Shown here: positions 46,051 to 56,407 of the stretch, in pieces
How positions within the stretch are numbered: position 1 is the stretch's first letter
Layout: each line of letters begins with the position of its first letter
Origin: Bdellovibrionales bacterium RIFOXYD12_FULL_39_22
Lineage (GTDB): Bacteria; Bdellovibrionota; Bacteriovoracia; Bacteriovoracales; Bacteriovoracaceae
Assembly (NCBI GenBank): GCA_001770205.1
Contig: MEQL01000050.1
Coordinates: 1 to 64,000 of the forward strand
Direction of reading: 5' to 3'
Length of the DNA stretch: 64,000 bases
Position numbers and translations under genes: made by a program
The notes under the pieces: model-generated
What the model was told of the DNA's origin: nothing
The model's database searches: none
What the model saw: the letters and a program-made list of their open reading frames with translations, nothing else

Positions 46051-48608
46051 AATTTCCCATCAACGTCAAAATCATCGTTAATAATTTCATTCTCTAGCGA
46101 AGGCACTGTGGTGACAGGTGCCGCCGCTCGTTCACTTTTTTCGCTTTTGCTCAGGGGTTCTCCTGGAGCGAGTGGATCTAGAGGTTCTATTTTTTCAATG
46201 TCCTCTTTTTTGGCCTCTTCTTGGGCCTTTTCTTCTTCTGTTTCTTCGGCCAGTGGTTTATTTTCATCGTCAACATTTTGATTGCTGTATGGGTTTGCTG
46301 CTGATTGATCAAATAGTGGGCCTGCTTGTTGCTTGCCGGCCTTATCGTACATGGCCTTCATCTCATCGCCAAAAGGATCATCATCCCCTAAGATGGTTTT
46401 AAGATGAGCGCTACGGCGATTTAAAACATCTTTAACATTTTTGGCCACATTTTCCTCATATGGACTAAGAATTTTAGGAGTAAAGAAAAATAAAACATTC
46501 ATTTTTATCTTCTCCATTTTTTTATCTTTAAACAGCCAGCCCAAAATGGGAATGTCACCCAAAAGTGGAACTTTGGTTATAGTTTCTGAAAGTTTATCAC
46601 GCATTAATCCTCCCATGGCAACCGTGTCACGATCGCGGACCGTAACGGTGGTAACAGCGCTACGGGCAGTAGTGGCATGGGCCTGATCTTGTACTCCGGC
46701 CGGAACGGACACGGTGGAAAAATCTTCAATCTTTTGATCAATATCTAATTTAATAAAGCGCGTGGCCTTATTGATATGAGGAGTAATTTTCAAAGTGATA
46801 CCAACTTGGATATAGTCAACGGAGGTAGTATCGTTACCGTTAGTTCCCGCAGTCTTTTTCATTACGGGCATTTTATCACCGACTTCAAAAACGGCCTGCA
46901 TGTTATCGGTGGCCAAAATTTGAGGAGTGGCCAAAACGTTAGTGTTGCTATCGGTTCCAAAGGCCTTAATCATGGCGTTGATATTGTTTACTCTGATGCC
47001 GGTCATTCCCGGAAGCGTTACGGCCTTAGATTGTCCCAGGCCTGCTCCCGCGTAAAGCCCATTAGCATTTGGCAGGCCTGCGGGATTTAGTAGCGAGAGT
47101 AGGTCATTACTTCCTGCTGTAAAGCCGGCGGTATTTACCCCTGTTCCATAGCGGCCAACAATGTTGATGCCCATTCCCGTCTCTTTTTTTACCGCAGTTT
47201 CTAAAATCATTCCCTCGACGTAAACTTGATCTTTGGGTACATCCAGTTTTTTAATAACTCCTTGGATGGTAAGATAATCAGTGGGAGAGGCGGTGATGAC
47301 CAGCGCATTATTTTCTTTGTCGGAGGTAATTTTAACCGGCCCGGAAAAAAGAGTATCTTCTGGAGAGCTTTTAGTAAATCTGGCCAGCTTGCTATCATTG
47401 CCGGTGGGGGCCATGCCATTTATTAGGGTAGAAAGTGTTTTTGAAAGTGTTTCGGAGTCACCATAATTTAGATAATAAACATGAATTTGCCCACCACTTT
47501 GCGAAACTAACTTAACATCTAATTTGGCAATCAGATTTCGTAGTTCTTTTTCTCCAGAATCGTTCACCATAGCAATGATGGAATTGGTTCGCGACTCAGC
47601 GATAATGTTGCCAATTGCAGTATCATCTCCTGTTCCGCTGCGTCTGAATTTATTATTTTTTTGATCATTTTTTATAATTTGCTCAAGTAGCTTAGCAATT
47701 TCTTGAGCGGAGGAGTGCTTGACGGGGATAATTTGCAGTGATCGCTCATGGCCAGGAACGTCGACAAGTTTTATTAGTCTATCCAGACGATTAATGTTGG
47801 CCCCGGTATCTTGTACAATTACGGTGTTGGTTTGATTAATTTCGGTCATTCTCCCATAGCGAGAAACAAAAGTTCGAAGTTGACGCGTTAATTCTACGCT
47901 GGAGATATGTTTTAGCGGAATTATTTTCATTACATAGTTTTCAGTATCGGGAGTGTAGTTGCCGCTATAAATTTTAGTAGAGGCATAGCGAATATCACGA
48001 GATTGTACAATTTGATAAAAGGCCCCAGAATTTACGAGCGCATATCCATTAATGCTAAGTGCCGTAAGATACGCCTTCCAAGCATCACCCACAGTAATCG
48101 GGGAGGGGGCGATAATGGAAATTTTACCTTTTAGCTCTTTGTCTAAAATTAAATTTAGGCCTGTTAACTTTTGCATATGCTGAGTTAGATCAGTTAGCGA
48201 AGTATTGGGAAAATTAAAACTGGTAATCACCTCAGGGCCAAAGGCCGTTTCCGGATTTAGATTTACATATTCTTTGGCCTTGGGAGTGGCCTCGTTATTT
48301 TCCTTTCTGCCAAAAATATTTTTGGGGGCAGGCACACTATCAGATTTTTCCTCGCCATCACCCAAAGAATCTCCTCCTTCATCGCCTCCCTCGTTGGCCC
48401 CATATTCGCTTCCCTCTGATCCCTCACCACCACCGTAATCACCACCTTCACTATCGCCTTCTCCTGCATCAAAGCTGCTGCGACTTTGGTATTTTTTAAA
48501 TTTAGATTGCGCTGATCCATCAGAAATCAGTGAAAGATTGAGCAAAACTAGTAGTGATAAAAAGAGCGAAAGGTTGCAGCATCTACTTTTTTTCATAATG
48601 TTTCCCAT
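46047..48608 (-). CDS. gspD: Type II secretion secretin D
   Basis: N0-N3 domains, QVYVEG.I.E, VLATPQI, LKITPHIN and KVPLLGDIPILGWLFK. Acidic low-complexity N- and C-terminal extensions. Confidence 0.95.
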   Translation of the reverse strand: MGNIMKKSRCCNLSLFLSLLVLLNLSLISDGSAQSKFKKYQSRSSFDAGEGDSEGGDYGGGEGSEGSEYGANEGGDEGGDSLGDGEEKSDSVPAPKNIFGRKENNEATPKAKEYVNLNPETAFGPEVITSFNFPNTSLTDLTQHMQKLTGLNLILDKELKGKISIIAPSPITVGDAWKAYLTALSINGYALVNSGAFYQIVQSRDIRYASTKIYSGNYTPDTENYVMKIIPLKHISSVELTRQLRTFVSRYGRMTEINQTNTVIVQDTGANINRLDRLIKLVDVPGHERSLQIIPVKHSSAQEIAKLLEQIIKNDQKNNKFRRSGTGDDTAIGNIIAESRTNSIIAMVNDSGEKELRNLIAKLDVKLVSQSGGQIHVYYLNYGDSETLSKTLSTLINGMAPTGNDSKLARFTKSSPEDTLFSGPVKITSDKENNALVITASPTDYLTIQGVIKKLDVPKDQVYVEGMILETAVKKETGMGINIVGRYGTGVNTAGFTAGSNDLLSLLNPAGLPNANGLYAGAGLGQSKAVTLPGMTGIRVNNINAMIKAFGTDSNTNVLATPQILATDNMQAVFEVGDKMPVMKKTAGTNGNDTTSVDYIQVGITLKITPHINKATRFIKLDIDQKIEDFSTVSVPAGVQDQAHATTARSAVTTVTVRDRDTVAMGGLMRDKLSETITKVPLLGDIPILGWLFKDKKMEKIKMNVLFFFTPKILSPYEENVAKNVKDVLNRRSAHLKTILGDDDPFGDEMKAMYDKAGKQQAGPLFDQSAANPYSNQNVDDENKPLAEETEEEKAQEEAKKEDIEKIEPLDPLAPGEPLSKSEKSERAAAPVTTVPSLENEIINDDFDVDGKL

Positions 48609-48653
48609 CCTTGTGAAACCTATTATTTTAATTCTCGGCCTTAAACCAACAAT

Positions 48654-49835
48654 CTACTCAAAGGTATATTCGTAGGTTTGATCAACACCATCGCGACTGA
48701 TTCCTAGTTGCAAATTATCTAAGTCTTTGAAGCGTCCAAACATGGCCATAATCTCATTTATATTTTGTATTTTTTTACCATCGATGGTGTTGATGTAGTC
48801 TCCATTTTGAATATTGAGTTTTGTGTATATTGATCCAGGGACTACATCCATCATTTTGAAAGAGAGGCTACCATCAGGGTTTTTTATAGTTACAGCTCTT
48901 GCTTGGGTTAAAACGGTAGACATATCTGTCAACATTTCGTCGCGGAATTTTTTGTTGATAACAAAAGCATTCCCTTCATTTTTAATTCCTTGATCTAGGT
49001 TAGAAGGAAGAATTTTTTTGCCTTCTTGCGGAGAGAGGACTTTGTAGCTGTTTTTCGTCGCAATACGATCATTGTTTTTAATTTCATCGTTTAAGACATA
49101 TTCGCAAGTGCCCTCTTCTAAATTTTTTACGATGATTTTATTTTCAGCAATTATTTCTAAACGAAAGCCACTGTTGATGCTATCTTTTTCGCGTAAAAAT
49201 ACTACATTGCTTCCACCTCCGATCTGAATGGTGGCCACTGATTTTGTATTGTTTTGCATTACGGTAGTTCCGGTTAGCTTAACCCCCACGGAGGAGCGAT
49301 TTTCAGCATTATCCAAATCACAGATAATATTTTTTTTAGGTTTAACAAATTCTCCCGGATCAAGCTTATTTCCTCTATCAGAAGGAGCGTCTGTACTATT
49401 TGATTTTGTCCTAAAAGCATTGGCAAGTTTGATGGCATCGATGTCCTGAGTTACCCGCGTATTAGGACCGGCCACGCCACCAGGTAGATTTTTGCTCATT
49501 TGTGGTGGCCGATGTAAAAATGCCGAAGTGGTAATTGCCACCATTTTGCCGGCCACGTAGGCCAAGGAGATCACAAAAACAAAAATAAAAAAATTATTTA
49601 TTTGTGGTCTGGCCTTAGGGGAAAAAAAAGTTTGAACAAAAAGATTCCAGTCAAATTGCTTTTTACTACTGACACTTTTTTTGCCGCTACCACCACCATC
49701 TCCTTGAAGTTTAGCGGTTAACTCGGAGACAAAAGTTAAAAATTTATTACGAAAGAGTTGAAGATAACTTTTGAAATTTATCTCTTGTAAAAATTTAGGC
49801 CTAAAATTTTTTATAAACTCTGAATTCAACTTCAT
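48654..49835 (-). CDS. gspC: Type II secretion protein C (TM, HR, PDZ)
   Basis: TM segment, VKLTGT...SVATI homology region and C-terminal PDZ (PGSIY..L.IQNGD.I..IDG). First gene of the cluster; start uncertain. Confidence 0.85.
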   Translation of the reverse strand: MKLNSEFIKNFRPKFLQEINFKSYLQLFRNKFLTFVSELTAKLQGDGGGSGKKSVSSKKQFDWNLFVQTFFSPKARPQINNFFIFVFVISLAYVAGKMVAITTSAFLHRPPQMSKNLPGGVAGPNTRVTQDIDAIKLANAFRTKSNSTDAPSDRGNKLDPGEFVKPKKNIICDLDNAENRSSVGVKLTGTTVMQNNTKSVATIQIGGGSNVVFLREKDSINSGFRLEIIAENKIIVKNLEEGTCEYVLNDEIKNNDRIATKNSYKVLSPQEGKKILPSNLDQGIKNEGNAFVINKKFRDEMLTDMSTVLTQARAVTIKNPDGSLSFKMMDVVPGSIYTKLNIQNGDYINTIDGKKIQNINEIMAMFGRFKDLDNLQLGISRDGVDQTYEYTFE

Positions 49836-49995
49836 GTTAATCCGTTCATTGACAGTCGTTGTCAACTATGGGCCATAATAAAAATAGCACATGCATAACA
49901 TTATTTTAAGTCAGGTATGGGCATTACAGCAAGTATTCTTTATCATTAATTATAACTTTGATGATTTTTTACAAAAATTAGTTGAGAATTATTCA

Positions 49996-51807
49996 ATGAT
50001 TTATAATTTTATATTTTATTTAAAAATTATTTTAAAACTCATATTGATGGCAATTTTGCTAGGCTGCTCCTCTGTAAAAGTTGAGGAAAATAGTTTTGAA
50101 AAGTTAGTACTTAAGACGGAGAGCATTGCCAAAGAGAGATTGCCTGCCCCCACATATGGGCCGACCATGATTAACGATAGTAGTTTTGTCGACAAGACCT
50201 TGGACTATGGCCTAAGTACGATTAATGGAATTCATTTTTACGTTGTGGACTTTGATGCGGATAACTACAGCGATTTAGTGGTGTTGGATTCCAATTATGC
50301 CTCTCCACAATTTTTTAAATTTAAGCGAAAGATAAAAAAATTTGAAGCAATTGACTATAATCCCTTCAATATGGACATTCGCGTCTCCTATCTCAACTTT
50401 GTCGATTTGGATAAGGATGGCACTCTGGATTTAGTCACTACCGTCTTAAATCAAAAAACAGAACTAACAAAAACTCCTATTAGATTATTTCAAGGGATTA
50501 TTCTAAATAATAAAATTCTCTACGTGGAAAAGCACAGTGGCCTATCGAAAAAAGTTGGCCCAACAGCATCGTTAGTAGCTTTGGATTACAATTTAGATGG
50601 ATGGATTGATTTTTTTCACGGCAACTGGTTTGACTATTCTCTTCAAAATCCTGCTCCTGTTTTTGATGGCCTGTCTTTAGCAATTTCTCCTTTTGTTTTT
50701 GAGGATGATTCCGCCCGATTAGTAGGAGAGCGCCCCAAGAAAGTCGAACCAACCCTGGCCACCGGTGCACGGCCAACCTGGGGAGTGGCCACCTGTGACA
50801 TAGATCAAAATGGATATCCCGATATACTGACGGCCTCCTCCAGCGGACATGCCAATAGATTATGGTTAAATGTCAAAGATGAACGAGTAGGATTGCTCTT
50901 TAAAGATTATGGGCCAGAATCAGGATATGCTTCTGATATAGAGGGACACTTAGAGGTTTTGGGAGGTGGAAACACTTTTTTTGGTATTTGTAGTGATTAC
51001 AACAACGATGGCATTATGGATGCAATGCTGGGTGAGTTGAGTCATTCTTATGATTCTGAAAATCGTGATCGCTCAAGTATTTTAACTGGAACCAGCATGA
51101 ATTTCCCCCCTAAATTTATTCGCACAGACTATTCACAAGATGATGGACGAGAGCGCTGGAATCAGAGTGATCGGCGAGGAGTGTGGCTTGACTATAATTT
51201 AGATGGATTGGTAGATGTTTTGGTAGATAATTCAGGTTTTCCTCCAGAATCAAGATTGGTACTGTTTGGCCAAGAGTCAGATCATCTTTTTGCGGATATT
51301 GCCCCCGAGATTGGAATTGATATTGTTAACCCTAATGGAACGGTTGTTTTAGATGTTAACGATGATGGCAGGCCGGATATTTTAACAGGACAGAATAATT
51401 TACGAGATGTCCGAATACCTCATCGTCTTTATCTTTTTGAAAATGTTACTCCGCGTAATGGAAATCGCTCGTTACGCTTTTATTTGCGCGCTGCCAAGGC
51501 AAATATTCGAGGAATTGGTGCCATGGTGATTTTACAGACAAGCGAAAAAACGCAGCGCCGTTGGGTGGAGGATAATTATGGTGCTTTGGCCTCGCAAAAT
51601 GAGGAAGGAATTCTTTTTGGCATAGGTAGTGAGGCCCCCCAAGAAGTGCGAGTGGTCTGGCCGTACCTGTCTCACGCAAATGGCAAGAGTAAAAATATAG
51701 AAACAACTTATGATTTATCAAAAATATCTTTCTCAGAGCATCTTGATTTGACACTTTGTGAATCAGGGAAAATGGTTATTGGCCGTAATTGGGGGCCTTG
51801 TTATTAG
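49996..51807 (+). CDS. CRTAC1-family FG-GAP repeat / ASPIC-UnbV lipoprotein
   Basis: Lipobox LLGC, repeated D(F/Y/L)(D/N).DG..D motifs, C-terminal GIGAMV...SQN...LFGIG...VVWP. Confidence 0.85.
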   Translation: MIYNFIFYLKIILKLILMAILLGCSSVKVEENSFEKLVLKTESIAKERLPAPTYGPTMINDSSFVDKTLDYGLSTINGIHFYVVDFDADNYSDLVVLDSNYASPQFFKFKRKIKKFEAIDYNPFNMDIRVSYLNFVDLDKDGTLDLVTTVLNQKTELTKTPIRLFQGIILNNKILYVEKHSGLSKKVGPTASLVALDYNLDGWIDFFHGNWFDYSLQNPAPVFDGLSLAISPFVFEDDSARLVGERPKKVEPTLATGARPTWGVATCDIDQNGYPDILTASSSGHANRLWLNVKDERVGLLFKDYGPESGYASDIEGHLEVLGGGNTFFGICSDYNNDGIMDAMLGELSHSYDSENRDRSSILTGTSMNFPPKFIRTDYSQDDGRERWNQSDRRGVWLDYNLDGLVDVLVDNSGFPPESRLVLFGQESDHLFADIAPEIGIDIVNPNGTVVLDVNDDGRPDILTGQNNLRDVRIPHRLYLFENVTPRNGNRSLRFYLRAAKANIRGIGAMVILQTSEKTQRRWVEDNYGALASQNEEGILFGIGSEAPQEVRVVWPYLSHANGKSKNIETTYDLSKISFSEHLDLTLCESGKMVIGRNWGPCY

Positions 51808-51816
51808 TTTGTGTTC

Positions 51817-52647
51817 TTAAGAATTTTTGCGCTCAGAATGTTGTTGCTGGTAGAGATTAATTGTTTGAGAAAATTCTTTGATGTGATTGGGCATACTGGC
51901 ATAGTTTAAGGTGGCCATATATATTTTAGAGATGCCCAGTTCTGGCAATTCATAACAACAAACAGAATCATTATTTTTGAGAACATGGTCGGGAACTACC
52001 GCCACGCCTACTCCGCTTTTTACTAGGTTGACGATAGTGGTGATAGAGTCGACTTTTATTATTGCACTATTTTTTTTCTTACTTATTCGAAAAATATTGT
52101 CATTGTCGTTATAGATAATCCAGCGGTAGTCGTTAATTTTTTTAGGAGAGATCTCTTTTTTGCTGATTAACATAAGTCTTTCATCAAAAATAAACAGAGA
52201 AGAAATTAGCTCAGATTGGATATTTTCGGTGGTAAAAACCATGTCGTATTGTCCCTCTTCTAGCGCCTTTTTTAAATTCGGTTGAATATCAATATGCACT
52301 GAAATGTTGCGACTAAAATTTTTATAATAGGCAATCATGATAGGAGTAAGCCATGTTTCCAAGAGGCCATGTAAAACTCCAATTTTGATTGAACGATTGT
52401 CTTCTTTTTGAAAAAGATCCAGCGCCATTTTGTCAAATTCTTGGGATAGCTTAAACAGTCTTAGTCCACGATCGGTTAGGATAACTTTTTTGGAGGAACG
52501 AATTATTAGCTCTTCTCCTACGCCCTCTTCTAACATTTTGATCTGCCGACTAACCGCTGACTGGGCAACTCCCAAAATGGTGGCGGCCTTAGAAAAACTC
52601 AAGTGTTGAGCGGTTAGAATAAATGCTTTTAAGTATCGATAATCCAT
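51817..52647 (-). CDS. LysR-family transcriptional regulator
   Basis: LKAF...SFSKAA..L..AQSAVSRQIK.LEE..G..L..R....LT..G helix-turn-helix. ATG 52647 follows GGAGA. Confidence 0.93.
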   Translation of the reverse strand: MDYRYLKAFILTAQHLSFSKAATILGVAQSAVSRQIKMLEEGVGEELIIRSSKKVILTDRGLRLFKLSQEFDKMALDLFQKEDNRSIKIGVLHGLLETWLTPIMIAYYKNFSRNISVHIDIQPNLKKALEEGQYDMVFTTENIQSELISSLFIFDERLMLISKKEISPKKINDYRWIIYNDNDNIFRISKKKNSAIIKVDSITTIVNLVKSGVGVAVVPDHVLKNNDSVCCYELPELGISKIYMATLNYASMPNHIKEFSQTINLYQQQHSERKNS

Positions 52648-52648
52648 T

Positions 52649-53272
52649 TTAATCTCTCCGCGTAATTTGCGCAGTGGCCACAATTAAGGTTTGCCCGGCA
52701 GTTTCTATTTGTTGGTAATTTAGTTCTCCGATGGCATCACTAATTTGGCCATCGGTGTATAGTGCGAATTTTTTGTCAAGGATGGAGATATCTTGCAATA
52801 CCAGTTGACGATCGCCTATTCCAAATTGTTCTTTTATGGGATCAAGTGCTTTAAAGGCCGCTTCTTTCATCGACCAAATCTCTAGTAAATTGGCGGAAGA
52901 ATTATCGGCCGGGTTAATGGCCTTTCGCTCAATTCCGCTGGAAATTTTTCTTTGGGCCAATTCGATATCTATCCCTACGCCGATATGTCTAGCGCTACCA
53001 TTACAGCAGGCCGCGCCTATGTTTTTAGTATGAGAAATTGAGATGTTTACCGCAGGGAAGTTGATTAATTTGCTGTAATTGGCCAAGGACAGTAACTCAA
53101 AATCATCTGGGAGTTTGATGTCCAGTTCTAATTGAAGGCCCAAGTACTCTGACAAACATTTTTTTAAAGCTATTCTGGAGGCAATCCAGCTATTGGCCAG
53201 ATGTTCCGTTTTAAAATGGGAAATAAGCGCCGGGCCAATCTCAGAATTGATTGCGTGAATTTTATATATCAT
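52649..53272 (-). CDS. 4'-phosphopantetheinyl transferase (Sfp/EntD-like)
   Basis: ISISHT, VGIDIE and WSMKEAAFKA. Confidence 0.85.
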   Translation of the reverse strand: MIYKIHAINSEIGPALISHFKTEHLANSWIASRIALKKCLSEYLGLQLELDIKLPDDFELLSLANYSKLINFPAVNISISHTKNIGAACCNGSARHIGVGIDIELAQRKISSGIERKAINPADNSSANLLEIWSMKEAAFKALDPIKEQFGIGDRQLVLQDISILDKKFALYTDGQISDAIGELNYQQIETAGQTLIVATAQITRRD

Positions 53273-53283
53273 AAACAAATATA

Positions 53284-53320
53284 TTGCGCAGATGGAATTA
53301 ATTTGCAATAAATTATGCAT
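53284..53320. promoter_or_regulatory. Candidate LysR-type binding sites (T-N11-A) between PPTase-lysR and glutamine synthetase
   Basis: TTGC-N7-GAAT at 53284-53298, followed by ttgcaataaattatgcat. Confidence 0.35.
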
Positions 53321-53605
53321 TATCGGTAATATCTATTCGAATTATGCCAGGAGAGAAGAAATGTTTCCAGAAGAGATGCAGGGTTTAATGGCCAAAATTA
53401 TTTTCTTTATTTTTGCTACTTGCGCTCTTTGCCTTACCCGTGTTAGAGCAGATGAAGCTTCTCCATCTAATCTCTTGACACATTTTTCACACTCTTCGGC
53501 CATAGTTTATTCTGTTCAAAATCAAAAATAGTTCGTTATAATCAGCAAGTCTTAAATAAATCACAGCATTATTATAAAATTTAATTTCAACGAAGGACGT
53601 GGACA

Positions 53606-55813
53606 ATGAGTAGAGTTTTTGATGATAAAAATTATAGATCAATGGCCATTAACCGTGAAGAGCGTGCTTTTCAAATACCTACCGACAATAACGGGAAGCG
53701 AAAAAAAATACCGCAATATTTTGGCGAAAATGTTTTTGACTTTCGCAAATCAGACGATATTTCTCCGGCCGTTAGAGCGGCGCTAAATGAGGTCGTGGAA
53801 ACAGGCCGCCCACTAACCAAAGAGATTGCGGAAGAAGTGGCGCGAGCGGTAACTAAGTGGGCCACGGATAATGGAGCAACACACTATTGTCATTGGTTTC
53901 ATCCACTAACTGGTGGAACTGCCGAGAAACATGACTCCTTTTTAAGTTTCTCTAAGCATGGAGTGGCCATTGAAAAATTGGGAGTAGATCAATTAATTCA
54001 AGGAGAGCCAGATGCTTCTTCTTTTCCGAATGGTGGTGCCAGATCAACTTTTGAGGCCCGAGGTTATACCAGTTGGGATATCTCTTCTCCGATGTTTTTG
54101 ATAGATGGAATCAATGGAAAAACGCTCTATATACCTACTGCGTTTGTCTCTTTTAATGGCGAGGCCTTGGATATAAAAATTCCACTACTGCGCAGTATTG
54201 GAAAAATGGATAGTGTAGTGACGAAATTTATGAATCTTGTCGGCCATAAAGAGATCTCGAAAATTATTGTCACCTGTGGGGCAGAGCAAGAATATTTTTT
54301 GGTGGATCGCGAAATCTATTTTAAACGGCCAGACTTGATAATGACCGGCCGCACGTTGCAAGGAAAGTTATCAACAAAAAATCAACAACTAAGTGATCAC
54401 TATTTTGGTACGATTCCTAATAGAGTTTTGGCCTTTATGCAAGAGTTGGATTTTGAGCTGCATAAATTAGGTTTTCCGGCCAAGACTCGACATAATGAGG
54501 TTGCGCCTGGACAATTTGAGATAGCTCCTATTTTCTCCGAGGCCAATCTGGCATCTGACCACAATCAACTACTAATGGCCTGCATTAAAAAGATGGCACT
54601 TCGTCATGGGTTTGTAGCCTTATTGCATGAGAAGCCTTTTGCGGGAATTAATGGAAGTGGTAAGCATATCAATTGGTCATTAAGTGATAATGTCGGCCGC
54701 AATTTACTAGATCCCGGAGAGAGTCCACACAATAATTATCTTTTTCTTTCAGTAATGAGCATTATTGTAGAGGCAGTTTATCGCCATGCCGATTTGTTAA
54801 GAGCGTCGGTGGCCTCTCATGGTAATGATCATCGATTAGGCGGACATGAGGCGCCACCATCGATTATCTCTATCTATCTTGGCGAGGCCTTGGTTAGAAT
54901 TTTTGAATCAATTGCGGCCGAGCAGAATCTAAACCCCAATGAGCGCAAAGTTATGGATCTACAGACTTCTCGCTTGGCACATTTTTTTAAAGATAATAGT
55001 GATCGCAATAGGACTTCTCCATTTGCCTTTACTGGTAATAAATTTGAATTTCGCGCAGTAGGATCTTCTCAGCCGATTGGACTTCCACTGACGATCTTAA
55101 ATGCGGCAGTGGTGGAGGTTTTTGAGGAATCAAATCTCTTTATTGAAAAAAGACTCAAAGAGGGGAAGAATGCGGAAGAGGCCCTGATCGAATTAATTCG
55201 GAAATGGTATAAATCTGCAAGCGCCATTATTTTTAATGGCGACGGGTATACACAAGAGTGGATTAGAGAAGCGGAAAAAAGAGGTTTGCCAAATCTTCGC
55301 ACCTCCATTGACGGGATCAAAATATTAAAAGATGAGGCGCGAATTAAATTTCTAGAAAAAAGCGGAATCTTATCCGCCGGTGAAATTCGAGGCCGCTACA
55401 ATGTCTATGTTGAAAATTTGATTAAACATTTAGAGATAGAGGCCTCTACCTTAAATACCATGTTACTACAAAATATCATTCCGGCCGGATTAGAGTATAA
55501 GAAGATTTTAGGCAAGCTAGTTAAGCAACAAAAAGAGAGTGAAATTAGCGCTAGTACTGAACGAGCTTTGCTTGTTAAAACGGCCGGGTTGGTTGATTCG
55601 ATCTATTTGCAGCATGAAAAATTAGAGTCCACGCTGAAAGAGGTTCTAGCAAAATTAAGTAGTGGAGAGGCAGAGCTTTGCGCCGATTTAATGGCCAAAG
55701 AAGTTATGCCGCAGATGAAGGCAATTGCTCTGGAGTGTAATAAGTTAGAAGAAATCATTCCCGATGCGATGTGGCCATTGCCCAAATATTCTGACTTACT
55801 TTTTTATAAATAA
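53606..55813 (+). CDS. glnA: Glutamine synthetase type III
   Basis: HWFHPLTG..AEKHDSF, GEPDASSFP.GG.RSTFEARGY, GAEQEYFL, HNEVAPGQFE, GINGSGKH, HRLGGHEAPP and DRNRTSPFAFTGNKFEFRA; 735 aa. Confidence 0.96.
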   Translation: MSRVFDDKNYRSMAINREERAFQIPTDNNGKRKKIPQYFGENVFDFRKSDDISPAVRAALNEVVETGRPLTKEIAEEVARAVTKWATDNGATHYCHWFHPLTGGTAEKHDSFLSFSKHGVAIEKLGVDQLIQGEPDASSFPNGGARSTFEARGYTSWDISSPMFLIDGINGKTLYIPTAFVSFNGEALDIKIPLLRSIGKMDSVVTKFMNLVGHKEISKIIVTCGAEQEYFLVDREIYFKRPDLIMTGRTLQGKLSTKNQQLSDHYFGTIPNRVLAFMQELDFELHKLGFPAKTRHNEVAPGQFEIAPIFSEANLASDHNQLLMACIKKMALRHGFVALLHEKPFAGINGSGKHINWSLSDNVGRNLLDPGESPHNNYLFLSVMSIIVEAVYRHADLLRASVASHGNDHRLGGHEAPPSIISIYLGEALVRIFESIAAEQNLNPNERKVMDLQTSRLAHFFKDNSDRNRTSPFAFTGNKFEFRAVGSSQPIGLPLTILNAAVVEVFEESNLFIEKRLKEGKNAEEALIELIRKWYKSASAIIFNGDGYTQEWIREAEKRGLPNLRTSIDGIKILKDEARIKFLEKSGILSAGEIRGRYNVYVENLIKHLEIEASTLNTMLLQNIIPAGLEYKKILGKLVKQQKESEISASTERALLVKTAGLVDSIYLQHEKLESTLKEVLAKLSSGEAELCADLMAKEVMPQMKAIALECNKLEEIIPDAMWPLPKYSDLLFYK

Positions 55814-55830
55814 TTTTTTATCGAGCGTTT

Positions 55831-56280
55831 TTAGTTTTTCCAACCACCAAATTTCCATTCAAGGATGGTTCGGACGGCATCACTTTGATTTATGCGTCCA
55901 TCTCTAAAATCTAGATAAATAGACTCCTCTAATCTTTCATATTCTTCAGTGACTTTAAGATTGATGGGAAAGAGGTTTTGAATGTCGTTGGAACCGCCGA
56001 TACTCAAGGGAATCACATGATCTATTTTGTACAGACTTCGTTTATTGCCGGGTATGCCATAACGGGCCAAAACTTCATATTTTGTTTGCACAGAGACATT
56101 GCGATCACAGATTGGAACTTTTCCAAGGCCGTGGTCGTAGTAACGCATAAAATCTGGATCAGAGGAGGTGCAAAGTTTGCCGGGAGATAAATGTTCATCA
56201 GGGACTGTAGGGAAGTTGCCATCATAGGCGTAGAGTAAGGAGGAAAACAACAACAGCGCGGCCAAGATAAACCTTATCAT
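55831..56280 (-). CDS. Secreted HNH-endonuclease-like protein
   Basis: Signal peptide and KIDHVIPLSIGGSNDIQNL motif; AAGGAG ribosome-binding site. Confidence 0.75.
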   Translation of the reverse strand: MIRFILAALLLFSSLLYAYDGNFPTVPDEHLSPGKLCTSSDPDFMRYYDHGLGKVPICDRNVSVQTKYEVLARYGIPGNKRSLYKIDHVIPLSIGGSNDIQNLFPINLKVTEEYERLEESIYLDFRDGRINQSDAVRTILEWKFGGWKN

Positions 56281-56407
56281 GAAAACTCCTTGGTGTAGTA
56301 GAGGTCCTTATAGGCTAACCTGGCCTCGCTTATAACAAAGGTCTGAGCAAAGATAAAGTATTTGTGTAAAAAAGAAATATGAAAAGAAAAAGAAATATAA
56401 AAAGGCG

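Noticed and set aside
53292..53531. 79-aa ORF in the PPTase/glnA divergent region
   Set aside because: It occupies the expected promoter region and has no recognisable motif. A signal-like stretch is present, but evidence is insufficient.
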